NCBI RefSeq assembly: GCF_009914755.1 | Contig: NC_060935.1 | Strand: one strand, 5' to 3' | Source: the human T2T-CHM13v2.0 reference genome, Homo sapiens | DNA length: 64,000 bases | In this document: positions 1 to 13,770 of the stretch, piece after piece | Layout of the letters: each line of letters starts with the position of its first letter | How positions within the stretch are numbered: position 1 is the first letter of the stretch | The notes under the pieces: model-generated | Databases searched by the model: none | Told to the model about the DNA's origin: nothing | What the model saw: the letters and a program-made list of their open reading frames with translations, nothing else | Position numbers and translations under genes: made by a program

Positions 1-108
1 TCTCACTGTTGACCAGACACTGCACCCTTTGCCTCTTGGGTTTAGGCAATCCACCTGCCTCAGCCTCTCAAAGTGCTGGGATTACAGGTGTGAGCCACTG
101 TGCCCAGC
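1..108 (-). mobile_element. Alu left-arm fragment (truncated by the window edge)
   Basis: aaagtgctgggattacaggtgtgagccactgtgcccagc. Confidence 0.85.
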
Positions 109-301
109 TACCCTGGCTCTGTTTCCATCCTCCGGAGCTCCAGAGTAAATCTATTGTGCTTCTTTAGATATTTGGGAGGGACCCTATTCCCCTACATCTT
201 CTCTCTAGTGAGCTGAACCTCCTCATTTTTAAAAATTGTGTACACAGTATCTCTCTTATGTCTTTTACAGGCACTGCGTCCCTGTTAGACTTCAGGGACT
301 T

Positions 302-322
302 TGCACTGGCCATGGTGCTGAC
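302..322 (-). promoter_or_regulatory. Second, weaker RE1-like element
   Basis: Minus strand GTCAGCACCATGGCCAGTGCA: left half-site intact, canonical spacing, right half GGCCAG instead of GGACAG. Confidence 0.5.
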
Positions 323-440
323 CAATCACAGGCTGCCCAGGCCAAGGATTGGGTCTGGTGCTGCTGGAGATACTGACTGCTCAACTCTCTCTCTGCTGTT
401 GCTCCTCTTCATCTACTCCCATCTCCCATGGCCTGAGTTA

Positions 441-1210
<770 letters not shown>

Positions 1211-4084
1211 CTAAACTCCCTCTGAGGATGACACCCCTCCGTCACCCCACTGGCTGCCGGGGGGAAGGCTTCCATTTAGTGGCATTTTCCTTTCTCATTT
1301 CATGCTGTAATGGAGATTCATTGCCAGTTTTAAATCCATAATTTGCTGTGAAACCCTTGTTTTGGGCCTGGGCTGAGGTCGGAACGGAGAAGCGGCGGGT
1401 TATTTTTAGCCCTCAGAGGGCTCCCTGTGCAGCTGCAGCTCCCCTGGGCTTCCCCCAGGGCGGGCCTCAGACAGCGTCCTGGGTTTGACACCCAGGATGC
1501 CCAGGAAGCTGGAGCTGGGACAGGGGTAAACACACACGTGGGACTGGCTGGCCTGCCCCTCCCTCAGTTGGCTCTGGCTCTGTTCCTCCTCCATTTCATG
1601 AGATGAGGGGGAATCAGTAGAGAAACAGGGCCTCATGCCGATGAGTCTGTGCTTCCATTACCCCCCTCTTTCCTGGGCCTGACAAGGAGTGAGGGTCAGT
1701 ACTTCAGGCCTCCAAGAATGTGTCCATTTCCTAACAGTGACTGATCCCCTGACCGGATGTTCTTGTGTCTTTCTATCAGGGCGACACTGATGATTTGGCT
1801 CTGAGGTGTGTGTGTTAAGTACCTGCGTGCACCAGCGCATTTGTCCTTGAGGCGAAGCTGTCCATGTGTGTATCCTTATGATTGGCACATAAATGGGGAA
1901 TCCTGTCAATGGCCAGTGGCCAGCGGGGCTTCCAGACTGAGGATCCCAGTAGGGCACCAGGACAGAGGTGGGCTCTTGCTGTGCTTTTGCAGGCTTGTGG
2001 GGATGCTGAAAGAGATACCCAGGCCTGAGGAGCAGCCGTATGAGGGGTAAGTGGGTGAGGGGCCTCCTCCAGGCAGCTGCCCCCCGCATGTTATAGGAAG
2101 GGGCTTAGATTTCACTTGCAGCCCTGGAGCTGATGATTCCATGTCAAATGGCAGACACCCGAGGATCGAGGTCCTGACTTTTGCAAATCTCCACAGTCTG
2201 AGCTCACTTTTTGCTGAGCAGTTGAGCCTGCTCAGCATCTCCCAGGGTCACGCTTGGTTCCAGCAGCTGAAGGGTATATTATCCTTGCTCTCAGGAGGAA
2301 GGGAAGAGGAACTCAGGGAACAATGCCTCTCATGCCCCAACCCCAAACCATGAGCAAATGAGAGAGAATCACAGTCAACCCGTGAAGTGGGTTTAACACT
2401 TCATCTCTCCTGCTACTGGCTCCACCATGGAGAGGGCGGGCCCTGAGAGATTAAGCATCATCAGCCCCTGTCTCACAGCTGGATGGTGGCAGGACTGGGG
2501 CAGGAGTGAATGCGTCCCAGCTCCCCAGTGAGGGCCGTTTGTCCTGCTTGGGTCTGGAGAGTTTCCAATGCCCTGGGGATGGTGGTGACACACTCCAGAA
2601 CTTCCCAGGGCTGCCCTGAAGAGCCTGTCTCTTGGTGATGGGGGTGCAGCCACTGGGGCCAGGCAACAGCAGGAGGCTGAACCCCTACCATAAGCAGTAG
2701 ACCATGAGTGGGCTCCTAAGAACCTCCCCAGCTTCCCTTGTCCTGGTGTTGGGAGCAAAAGATGCTGGGGGGTATGGGGGCTGGCCCTGGGCATGGTCAT
2801 TTGGGAAGCTACCCCCAGATTTCAGTGGCGAGTGGGCACTTGGATAGGCAGTGTCGAGCTTCTGGGCCCCTCCAGAAATCGCTCATGGTGGCACTGGCTG
2901 GGGTAGGGTGGGGCTGTGCATTCCTTGCATCAGGTCTTCTCCTTCTTGGAGAGGCTCCTGCCTGCCCTTCTCCACACTCAGGCAGGGAAGGGAAAAGATG
3001 CGCTGAGTTTGCCTCCATCCCTGAGGGATCCTCTCTTCCTCCGGGCCTTGGAAGTCGTTTAATGCTTGAGTGTCCTGCCCCCACCTCATTTCCCAACATG
3101 AGGGACGACCCCAGGCTGGGGGAGAGTTTTGACATCCAGCCAGGCTGTGATGAGGATGGGAGATGGAGTGGGTAAAGAGACAGAGGCCATGCCTGCCCAT
3201 GGTAACATGCAGATTATGGGGGCAGGGAGATTGTGGGGGGCGACCTTGGAGTGCAGCAGGAGGGCAGGGCTGGGGCGACCCGCACACCTCAACTCAATGG
3301 CTGCAAGACCTCCAGGGAGACCTTCTATCTCATCTGGCCCCCAACAGCAACTACTCAGCGTGGCATTATGGCATTGAACCCACAGGGTGGACCTCAGGGA
3401 GCTATAATATAACTTAGAGGTGAGAGACTATATGTCAGCCTCAGATACCCTTCATGGCCCCCAGCTCTGCTCACTTTATCACCTGCCCAGCAGGTGAGCT
3501 CCGAGTTAGATGGGAGGCTAAGGTGGTGTCAGTGGCCAAAGGGAGAAAGAGGAGGGGAATCTGCTTCTGGCCCAGGGGACATGGGGGTAGTCTGGGCTAC
3601 CAGGAAGGGAGCTGGGAGCGAGCTGGTGGCAGGGGTGGGGTGTGTGTAGGGGGAGCGAGATGTACAATAGCTCCGACACAGCTCCCATGTGGAACCTCAG
3701 GAGATAAGGATGTTTTCTGCTCCTGTCTTCCGTCTCTGGCTCGTTTGCTACCGCTATTTGGGGGTGATTGCAGGGTAATGAATGTTGCAGGAAACAGCCA
3801 CATAGCACAAATGAGATACGGCACTAAGACCAGGCCAGGGCCCAGGCAAAACACGCTTAATAAGCAGATAAGGAAATCAATTCTGCCTTTCTTCCCAGGT
3901 GTGCAGCCTGCTGGGAGGGGCCTGCAGGAATCATATCTTCCTGCCTTGCTTGATACATGGGAAAGCTTCTCTAGGAAGCAAAGTCTGATCCCCCGGGATG
4001 CAGGGGTTGCTTGTTGGTGTCTCATAACATTGTGCAATAATAGCAATGATGAAAACAGTTATAATACTAGCAGCCAATGCTGCT

Positions 4085-4318
4085 ATGCCTTGCTGCATAA
4101 CAGGCGCTATTCTGAGACATGTTTTACATATATTATTTCATTAAATCCTCTCTTCAACCCCATGAAAGCAGTTATGATTATTTCCCTCATTTTACACAGA
4201 AAGAAACAGGCACAGAGTGGTTAAATAACTTGCTCACGGTCACACCAGTGGCAAAATGATACAGCTAGGTTTCAAGTGCGGGCAATCTGGCTTCCAGAGG
4301 CCAGGCGCTTAGCCACAT
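4085..4318 (-). mobile_element. MIR
   Basis: cattttacacagaaagaaacaggcacagagtggttaaataacttgctcacggtcacac (reverse MIR core). Confidence 0.8.
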
Positions 4319-4326
4319 TGCCTCTC

Positions 4327-4376
4327 CAACACAACACAACACAACACAACACAACACAACACAACACAACACAACA
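4327..4376 (+). repeat. (CAACA)10 pentanucleotide microsatellite
   Basis: Read directly from the sequence. Confidence 0.95.
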
Positions 4377-4494
4377 AAACACAATTGTCATCCGTGTTTG
4401 GGGCTTACTATCTGCCAGACTCTGTTCTCTGTCGTCAGATTCAGTGTAAACTCCCCCTAAATTTTCCCTAAGCCTTGTTATTTCAATTGCCATG

Positions 4495-5300
<806 letters not shown>

Positions 5301-5859
5301 CCCTGAAGAACCCCTCAGACTGTCACCTACTGATTTGCCTTTTTATGTCAGGGTGACTATGGATGGGTTTCTTGCAACCAGTTTCTGGAAGAATGGTTTA
5401 GAAGCCAGCACCCTCGAGGTCTGTTCCAGCTCTGCCTTCCTTTGCTGGCAGACTCTGAGTTATTCACCACTGTTCTCTGGACCCATCTCCCCAGAAGATT
5501 CATGGATGGGAGATTGGGGGAGGCTGCCAACGCGGTGGGCTGAGGAGGCCCTGCAGCTCTGCTGGTAGAGCTGTGGCAAAGGGAGCTTGTGGTTTTGAAA
5601 AACAAACTAGTTAAGGACACGTCACAGATTGGACCTTATCTGTTTTCCTCTCTCAGTATTTGGGGCTTGACATCATTTAAAAAGATGCCCTCTTTATTTG
5701 AATTGACTTAGTCTCCCTCTTAAATAATTCATGTTGATTTAGGAAGCTTTATTTCTAACGGGAGCCACAAGACAGCAGAGTTAATATTAGAACGGGCCAG
5801 GAAGAAGAGGGAAATGAGGAGGGAGACTGGGAAAAATGCCCCTCTTAATAATTAATCTG

Positions 5860-6120
5860 ATGCCAACATCCCCTCCTCCCACTTCTGATCCCCCCATCCT
5901 GCTCTACTTTTTCCTTTCCGTAGCATTTATTACCACCTCACATCCTGTACAGCAATGCAATTTATGGTTTAATCCGTGCATCACTTATCGACCGCCTTCT
6001 CTCTGCCAGAATGCAAGCTCCACCAGGGCAAGGATGGTTTTCTCTTTCGTTTCCTGATGAATCCCACGTGTCTAGACTAGTGCTTGGCATATAACAGGTG
6101 CTCAGTAAACATTTGTTGAT
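5860..6120 (+). mobile_element. L2 3' end
   Basis: agaatgcaagctccaccagggcaagg...gtgcttggcatataacaggtgctcagtaaacatttgttga. Confidence 0.75.
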
Positions 6121-6323
6121 CAAATCCTTGGTACCATTTCCTCCCTGCCCTGGATGTCCCAACACCTTGCTTCCCAAGTTTCCAGGAAGTTGAAGAGATC
6201 AAGTGTAATGCCACCCTTACAACTCTGACCCTGGGACAGTTTCAATATTTTTCAACCCTGGGATTCCTGTAGGTGGAAGAAGGAGCAGTCTGCATGTATA
6301 TGTGTACACAACTTTAAAATACA

Positions 6324-6600
6324 GGCGGGGTGGCTCACGCTTGTAATCCCAGCACTTTGGGAGGCCAAGATGGGTGGATCACTTGAGGTCAAGTGTTCGA
6401 GACCAGCCTGGGCAGCATGGCTAAAAATACAAAAATTAGCCAGGCGTGGTGGCACGTGCCTGTAATCCCAGCTACTCAGGAGGCTGGAGCAGGAGGACCC
6501 AGAAGGCGGAGGTTGCGGTGAGCTGAGATCGTGCCTCTGCTCTCCAGCCTGGGCGACAGAGCCAGGCTCCATCTCAAAAAACAAAAAACAAACCAAAAAA
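6324..6600 (+). mobile_element. AluS-like with small internal deletions
   Basis: Alu dimer motifs plus an A-rich tail. Confidence 0.9.
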
Positions 6601-6627
6601 GTGTATGACACTTCACTGTTAGAGATT

Positions 6628-6667
<40 letters not shown>

Positions 6668-6672
6668 CAGAG
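6628..6672 (+). repeat. (GA)n microsatellite
   Basis: Read directly from the sequence. Confidence 0.9.
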
Positions 6673-9600
6673 TGTTTAATGTTTACAACAATTCTATGAC
6701 ATTGGTATTTTTAACCCTCTATTTTATAGATGAAGAACCAGAAACGTCATTCATTCATTCATTCACGCTGGTTATAGAGGCTTGAGCCAAAGAGGCCCAG
6801 TTCCAGCCTTAAGGACCTTGCCCAAGGTCACCCAGTTAGTGAGCAGCAAGAGCATATTCTACTTCCTGGCCCAGGGCTCTTCCTACCCCATGACAGCTCT
6901 CTCTGCACATGTGCATGGGGGTCCTCTGAAGCCCAACCAAACTGAGTCTTCGGAGAGGGCTAGGTCTATGTGGAAGCTGGCTACAGAGGGGCGGTTGGGG
7001 GGGATCCTTTGCAGGGAGGACCAGGGTTTGAGGTCCACAGCCAAGGCCAAGACCCCAGGGCTGAACAGGACTTGGAGAGGTCCTATCTCCCAGCCTCAAA
7101 GTGGGATGCTGTTTAAGCCACCCTAATCAGTTTTCTTCTAAGCCTCGGTCACTGCGCCAATCTTGGTTCCAGGGAGGGATGGCCCAATTTCCTAAAATAG
7201 TTGGTACAGCATGTTGGACTCCTTACAGTGGAAGTCATGGCCTTTTGGGAGCGAGACAGTTCTCAGCGATCATCTTATTTATCACCACCTCTCATTTTAC
7301 AGATGAGGAAACTGAGACCCAGGTTGAGAAACAGGGCCACTGTCACACAGCTGGACACTGGTAAAACCAAGACCACTGCCTCTAAGTCTAATGCTGTTTC
7401 CGTGACGCTGTGATTCTCCAGATGTTCTGCAGGTGAAAAGACGCCTGTCTTGACCCTGGGCTGAGTCAAGCCATAGTCCTTGGCAGCTGGCTGGGCCACA
7501 GAGGGCACGCAGCCTGACCACTGATTGACCTGACCTAAAATCCCCAGTCTTTGCCTCTCTCAGCTTTGCAAACTCAGGCCTTCCCCCGTCTTTCCCTCCT
7601 CATTTCCTGGCTCCCTCCTTCTGCCTCCCGAGGTACAAATGCTCAGCTCCGAAGTTGCTCCTTGCCTGATTGCATCTGAGAGCTGGAAACACAACGCTAA
7701 TTAATGTGTCTGTGACTCTAGGCTTGGCTGCCAGGCCGAGTCCCCATGCCTTCCCTAGGGCCCAGCGGCTCTGCGAGCTGGCCCTCTGGCTTCATCTGAG
7801 CACGCTGCCGGCAGATGCATATTTTAACAATGCACATCTGTTGGCTATATAATCTCTCGTATTTGCCCTCCTCACTTGGTACTTCGATGGAAGACCCCCG
7901 GGGGCCTCCCTCTGTTCTAGCCAAAGTGTTTGCTTTGCAATTTTGCCGGAATACCATCTGATTCTGCTTTCGCGTCTTCCGCAGGTTCTAATCAGGCTCT
8001 TACTTTATTTAATTAAAAATCTATCTCAGGCAAATACAGACTAAATTAGGAAGCTCTCTCATTCCTGGAACACAGGGAAGGCAGCCCCCCTTGGGGAACT
8101 GGCTGGGACATTTTCCCGGGCTGAGATGTCACAGCAAAGCAGATGGGGTCTTGGTAGGGAAGGCGGCTGGGCCAAGGAGCAGAAATACCTCTCTCCCATC
8201 TGTGGGAACAGCCACTCTCTCCATTCCCCTTCCCCAGACCAGGGGTCCCCTTCCAGCTGGCTGGGTCAGCTGCTGCACTGGGGGCCTCCTTGCAGAGCAG
8301 TAGGTGGGGTGCTATACCCCAGGACACTCAGCCAGGCGGAGCCCTGCAAGACCAGCTGGGTTGGGGACCTGGGAGTGTCCCAGGGAGTCAGCGAGGACTG
8401 CAGGCAGAGTGCTGGGAAGCACTGTCTTGCCTGGGGTTTTAGTTTGCTCAGGATGAATGGTTTTGGTGGAGCTGCCTGAAAGGCTGATGGACAAGATGCT
8501 GGCTGAGGCTCCCTTTCTGGCTCTCAGGAATTTCACGGAGGGGACCCTGCTGGGGATCATGGAAACTTCCTCTGCCCTCCTTCCGCTGATCTCCAGACTT
8601 GAATAAAACATCTCCCCCATACAAACCCAGCTCTGTGCCCAGAGGGCGGTGTCAGGCCATGCCACAGGAGAGGAAGGGGGAGCGAATGCCTTTTAGACAT
8701 GACCTAAGACAAAATCGGGTCTGTTCAGGTTGGATCCTGAGGCCCTGCTCTGAGAAGCCTGGCCCCTCACCAGCCAGACAGATGAGATGCTGCTGGCATC
8801 TGGGAACAGGAGACTAGGCAAAGAGCTTGGAGCTGAAAAATCTGGAGTTGATTTTGAAGGTTAATTAAGCTGTGTCACCTCCTGTGAGTGCCTTTGCCTC
8901 TCTGAGTTTCCATTCTCTCATCTGTAAAACATTCGAAATAATCTGGACTTTTAATACGTTGGACTTTTTTACGTAACGTAGAGTTGAGAGGAAAGGAAGT
9001 GTAATGATCATGTCAGGACTGGGGAAGTCAATACAGCCTTAAGGATGAGATGTGGCTCCACCTATTTTTGGTTCCTGTGAAGTCAGAGGAGTGGACAATG
9101 CTCAGGTTCCTGTGGTTCCAGCATCCTCTGGCCCCTCTAGAAGGTGTATGAGTCGGTAGAGGCAGATTCTTCTGAGGATGGAGGGGCTGAGCCATCTCTG
9201 AAGATGAGGAGCCTACAACTTAGCAAATCTGTTCTGGCATTTTGCAATCCTCAAAATCAGAAAAAATATGAGGCCCTAATTCCTCCTCCTCTCCTCCCAC
9301 AACCCCCACACCACATGGCAGACTCATTCTCATTTTAGTCACCGTCTTGGGAGAAATGAGAACGGCGCTGCTGCCTTTAATACCCCAATTACTCCTCGGA
9401 AGGCCCGCTTCCCGGCCATGGAATCCCAACTTATTTACCCCCGCTGGAACAGGTTTATTTTCTCATTCCTTTCATCGCAGGCCTGGGGAGACTCAAAGGT
9501 TGCAGGAGGTTTCTGAGGCTGGCCCCAAGTCCCTCCCCCGCATCTCAAGAAGTCAAGCTCCGAGCTTGGTAAGTGGTCCTCCGGGGCCTGTCTGCTGCAC

Positions 9601-10547
9601 TGCTTGGAATAATCTGCCCTGGTGTCTTTGGCCATGTAGATCTGAAGATAACCTGACACGCTTTTAAATATTTCATCTCTGAGCAGCCGTGTGCTTTAGC
9701 TGCCAGGAGAGGAGGCAGCACCCCAGCTGCTGACCCTGTTGTCGAACCTTCACAACAGCTGCTAAGGGGTGGGCCTGGGCTTTCCCACTTCCCTCCTGCA
9801 CGCGTGCCTGGCACAGACTCACATGTAAGGGGGCAGCGAGGTGGGGCAGGGAGCCCTGGAGCCCTGGCCAGGAGCCCATGGGCCAAGCTCTTTGCATCTG
9901 TGGGCCTTAGTATCTCATCTGGGGTAACAGTCCCTGTCCCACCGAGCAGCGTCAGGAACAGCGGAGGTCATGTGCCTGAAAGAGCCTAGAGAGCTACGGT
10001 GAACTGCTTGGCAAATGTGAGCTCTCATGACTTATGTGCAAGGCCTGGTTCTCAGCAGCCTTGATCCTCGGTAACATTTGGCCAGAGGAGGGAGACTCCC
10101 GGGACTGAACTCTAAATCAGAACTAGGCGGTTTAAGAGGTCACCGAGCCCATTCCCCTGTCTTCAGGCAAGATGATCCAGGAACGCTGGGCTCCTGGGAA
10201 CATAAGATGAAGAAAGACCAAGGGGAAAAGTATGATTTGGAAGAAGGACCTGAAATGAATTTTCCTAGGAGGGACCTGTCAGCCAGGATTCCCAGGGAGC
10301 AATGAGGGGTGGAGAAGTCACGGGGGTCACTGGTGTCCACATGGATACTAGAATCATGGGGAGAATCGGGCTGATTCTACAGAGAAGGTGGAAAGATAGG
10401 GCTTTGTTAGCACCGGAGTGGGGGTCAGTTCAGAAAGAAGGGACCCACAGCCTGTGCCACATTCTTCCTGGCACGGAGCCTAGCCTAGATAACGTGTGCA
10501 GAGCATGCTTTCTGATGGAATAAATAAGCATGTAGGAGCCCTCATTA

Positions 10548-11516
<969 letters not shown>

Positions 11517-12574
11517 ATGTAAGGGTCTTGTTGGTTTCAAGTTTAGGAAAATCGGAGGAGCCACTGTTAGAAAGGAAAGAGGGAGAAGAGATGGAAATGC
11601 TAAGCGTGGACAGACACCGCTGGCTTATTATTCTGGAAAGCGGTGTGCTCAGCACTGTGGTCTACCAAGCAGACATGCATTTTGATAAGATAGAGAGGAG
11701 AGAGAGAGAGACAGACAGACAGAGAGACCCAGGCTGAGAATTACAGAGAGAAGACAGTCAGAGAGAGAAGGAAGGAAAAAGAGAAATGTTTGGAAAAGGA
11801 TCAAGAGTGACTTTGCAAAAATTTTGTTTCAGGATGGACAGGAAGTAGAAATCTAGGCCCGCCCTTCCAGTGTCTAGGAACCTTGGGTCACTTTGAGTCA
11901 CAGTGGACCCTGTCTAGTCATTCCTCCTGTCCCGCCAGAAGCCCCAGGTCCTGGTGACGCACTTATGAAGTGCTCAGGACGCTTAAGAATTGGGGGCCCC
12001 TTGTACCATGGGCAATGAATAATAGATAAATAAAAGTTTGAGAATATAAATCATTAATCAGCGTTCCTGCTGCTGTGTAGGGTTGAATATAAATGCCAAC
12101 TGAAGTTGTGGCTGGCCACCTTAGGCAGATCCTCTCTTTCCTGGGTCTCGGGCCCTACACCTCCCTATTTCTCTTTCCATCCATCTCCTCACTGAGGTCT
12201 GCCCTCCCCCGAGTCCCTCAGTGTGTGGATTTACAACTGGACTCCAATCCCCGCTGTCTTTCATCTCTGTCCCGGTTCCCTTCTCTCCTCAGAGGCTGCT
12301 CTCGGCTTCCACTCCCCTCTGGCAGCCCCAGGCTGCTCCTCCTTTTGAAGGACCCTCACCACACAGGGAGCGTTCTCAGATGGGTGCTGTAGGAGGATGA
12401 GACGGGACACATTCAGCCTTTTAAAGAGAAGATGAGGGCTTAAGCAAGTGAGAGAGACAGAACAAAGACAGGCAGGGAGACCTGCAAGAGCTCGCCTCAA
12501 GTATTTCAAAGAATCTCTCAGTGTGGGTTGGGCATGTTCCTGAGCTCCCAAGGGCAGCACCAGCACCAACAGGC

Positions 12575-12785
12575 AGAATTCACATGGGGAGGTTCTTTAG
12601 AATATTCTCAACTGTTTGAGGTATCCAACAAGGATCTGGGATGCCAGAGAGGGTAGTGAGGTCCCCATCACTGGCTGTATTCAAGCAGAGGTTGGATGAT
12701 CGCCTCTCAGGGATGTTGCAGAGGTGATTTCTACACCGGGTGAAAGATCAGACTAGAGGAGCTTGAAGGCCCCTCTCACCACCAT
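12575..12785 (+). mobile_element. CR1/L3 3' end
   Basis: ggtagtgaggtccccatcactggctgtattcaagcagaggttggatga...tcagggatgttgcagagg...gactagaggagcttgaaggcccc matches the recalled L3 3' terminus. Confidence 0.7.
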
Positions 12786-13534
12786 AAGTGAAGGTTCTTC
12801 TGGAGGTGGGGCAGGCCTCCCTGGGGGTGGGCTGTACAACGGGCCACCAGCACTTGTTCCTGGTCAGGCGAGGTAGCTGTGATGATCCTCTGCCAGCCTT
12901 CCTGGCATGCTCTGGAGTGCTTCCTGTGCAGCTGGGCCCTTCAGACTCATGTCTTCATGGCTACCATCCTCATCATGCAATAAAATGGCCCTGTCCTCCC
13001 CAGCTGTGCAGGCCTGGCCAGAAAAGCTCACAAGGCCATCAGCTGCACCCCTGAGAGCACTGCCTCTCCTCCACACTTCCCGCCTTCTGCTGGGCTTTGG
13101 GAATGAGCCCAGGTAAGTTAAGCTGTCTCCCCCCAGGGCCAGGAGAGGGGCTGGAAATGGGTTCTAGCCCAATCCTCTCCCTGCTGCCGCTGCCTTCCTT
13201 GTAGCTGGCTGGCTACCCCCAGCCCCTCCAGCCCAGCCTCTGGATCCCACTATCCTGTGATTAGTCCCTGGTCTCCTGCAGGCATCTTGGCTGGAGCTTC
13301 TGTTTCTGTTGTCTTGCAAGCTATCAGCAGCAGGATTTTGCTCTCACGAGCTGCTGAAAACATCAGTGATGGGTTTGTTTGTATTTGCCTAATTAGGCAG
13401 TGAGCTGTGATGCTATCCCAAGGACTGGCAGCATCTTTGAAAATCAGACTCAGAAGCATGGATTCTGAGAAAGTTCTAGCTCCTTCCACATTATCATTAC
13501 TCTCTCTTGCTACTCCCAAAGGAGGCAAAATTAC

Positions 13535-13770
13535 TTAGAGTCTGGGTTCTATAGTCGAATTGCCTGGGTTCCAATGCCAGCTGGATCACTTCCTAGCTCT
13601 GCTGTCTTGGGTGAGTTACTTTAACTTCTTTGTGCCTCATAGACTACTTACTATGTGCCAGTCCCCATTTTATGGGGACAATACCAGTACCTCATAAGGT
13701 TATGGTGAAGGTTAAATAGGATAATCTATGTAAAGTGCCTGTCACATTGTAAGTAGTCTATAAATGCCAA
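13535..13770 (+). mobile_element. MIR
   Basis: tgcctgggttccaatgccagc...ttgggtgagttactttaacttctttgtgcctca. Confidence 0.75.

Noticed and set aside
3454-4224. Longest ORF in the window (256 aa, +)
   Set aside because: No recognisable domain, the C-terminus runs through a MIR, and the composition is typical of chance GC-rich ORFs.
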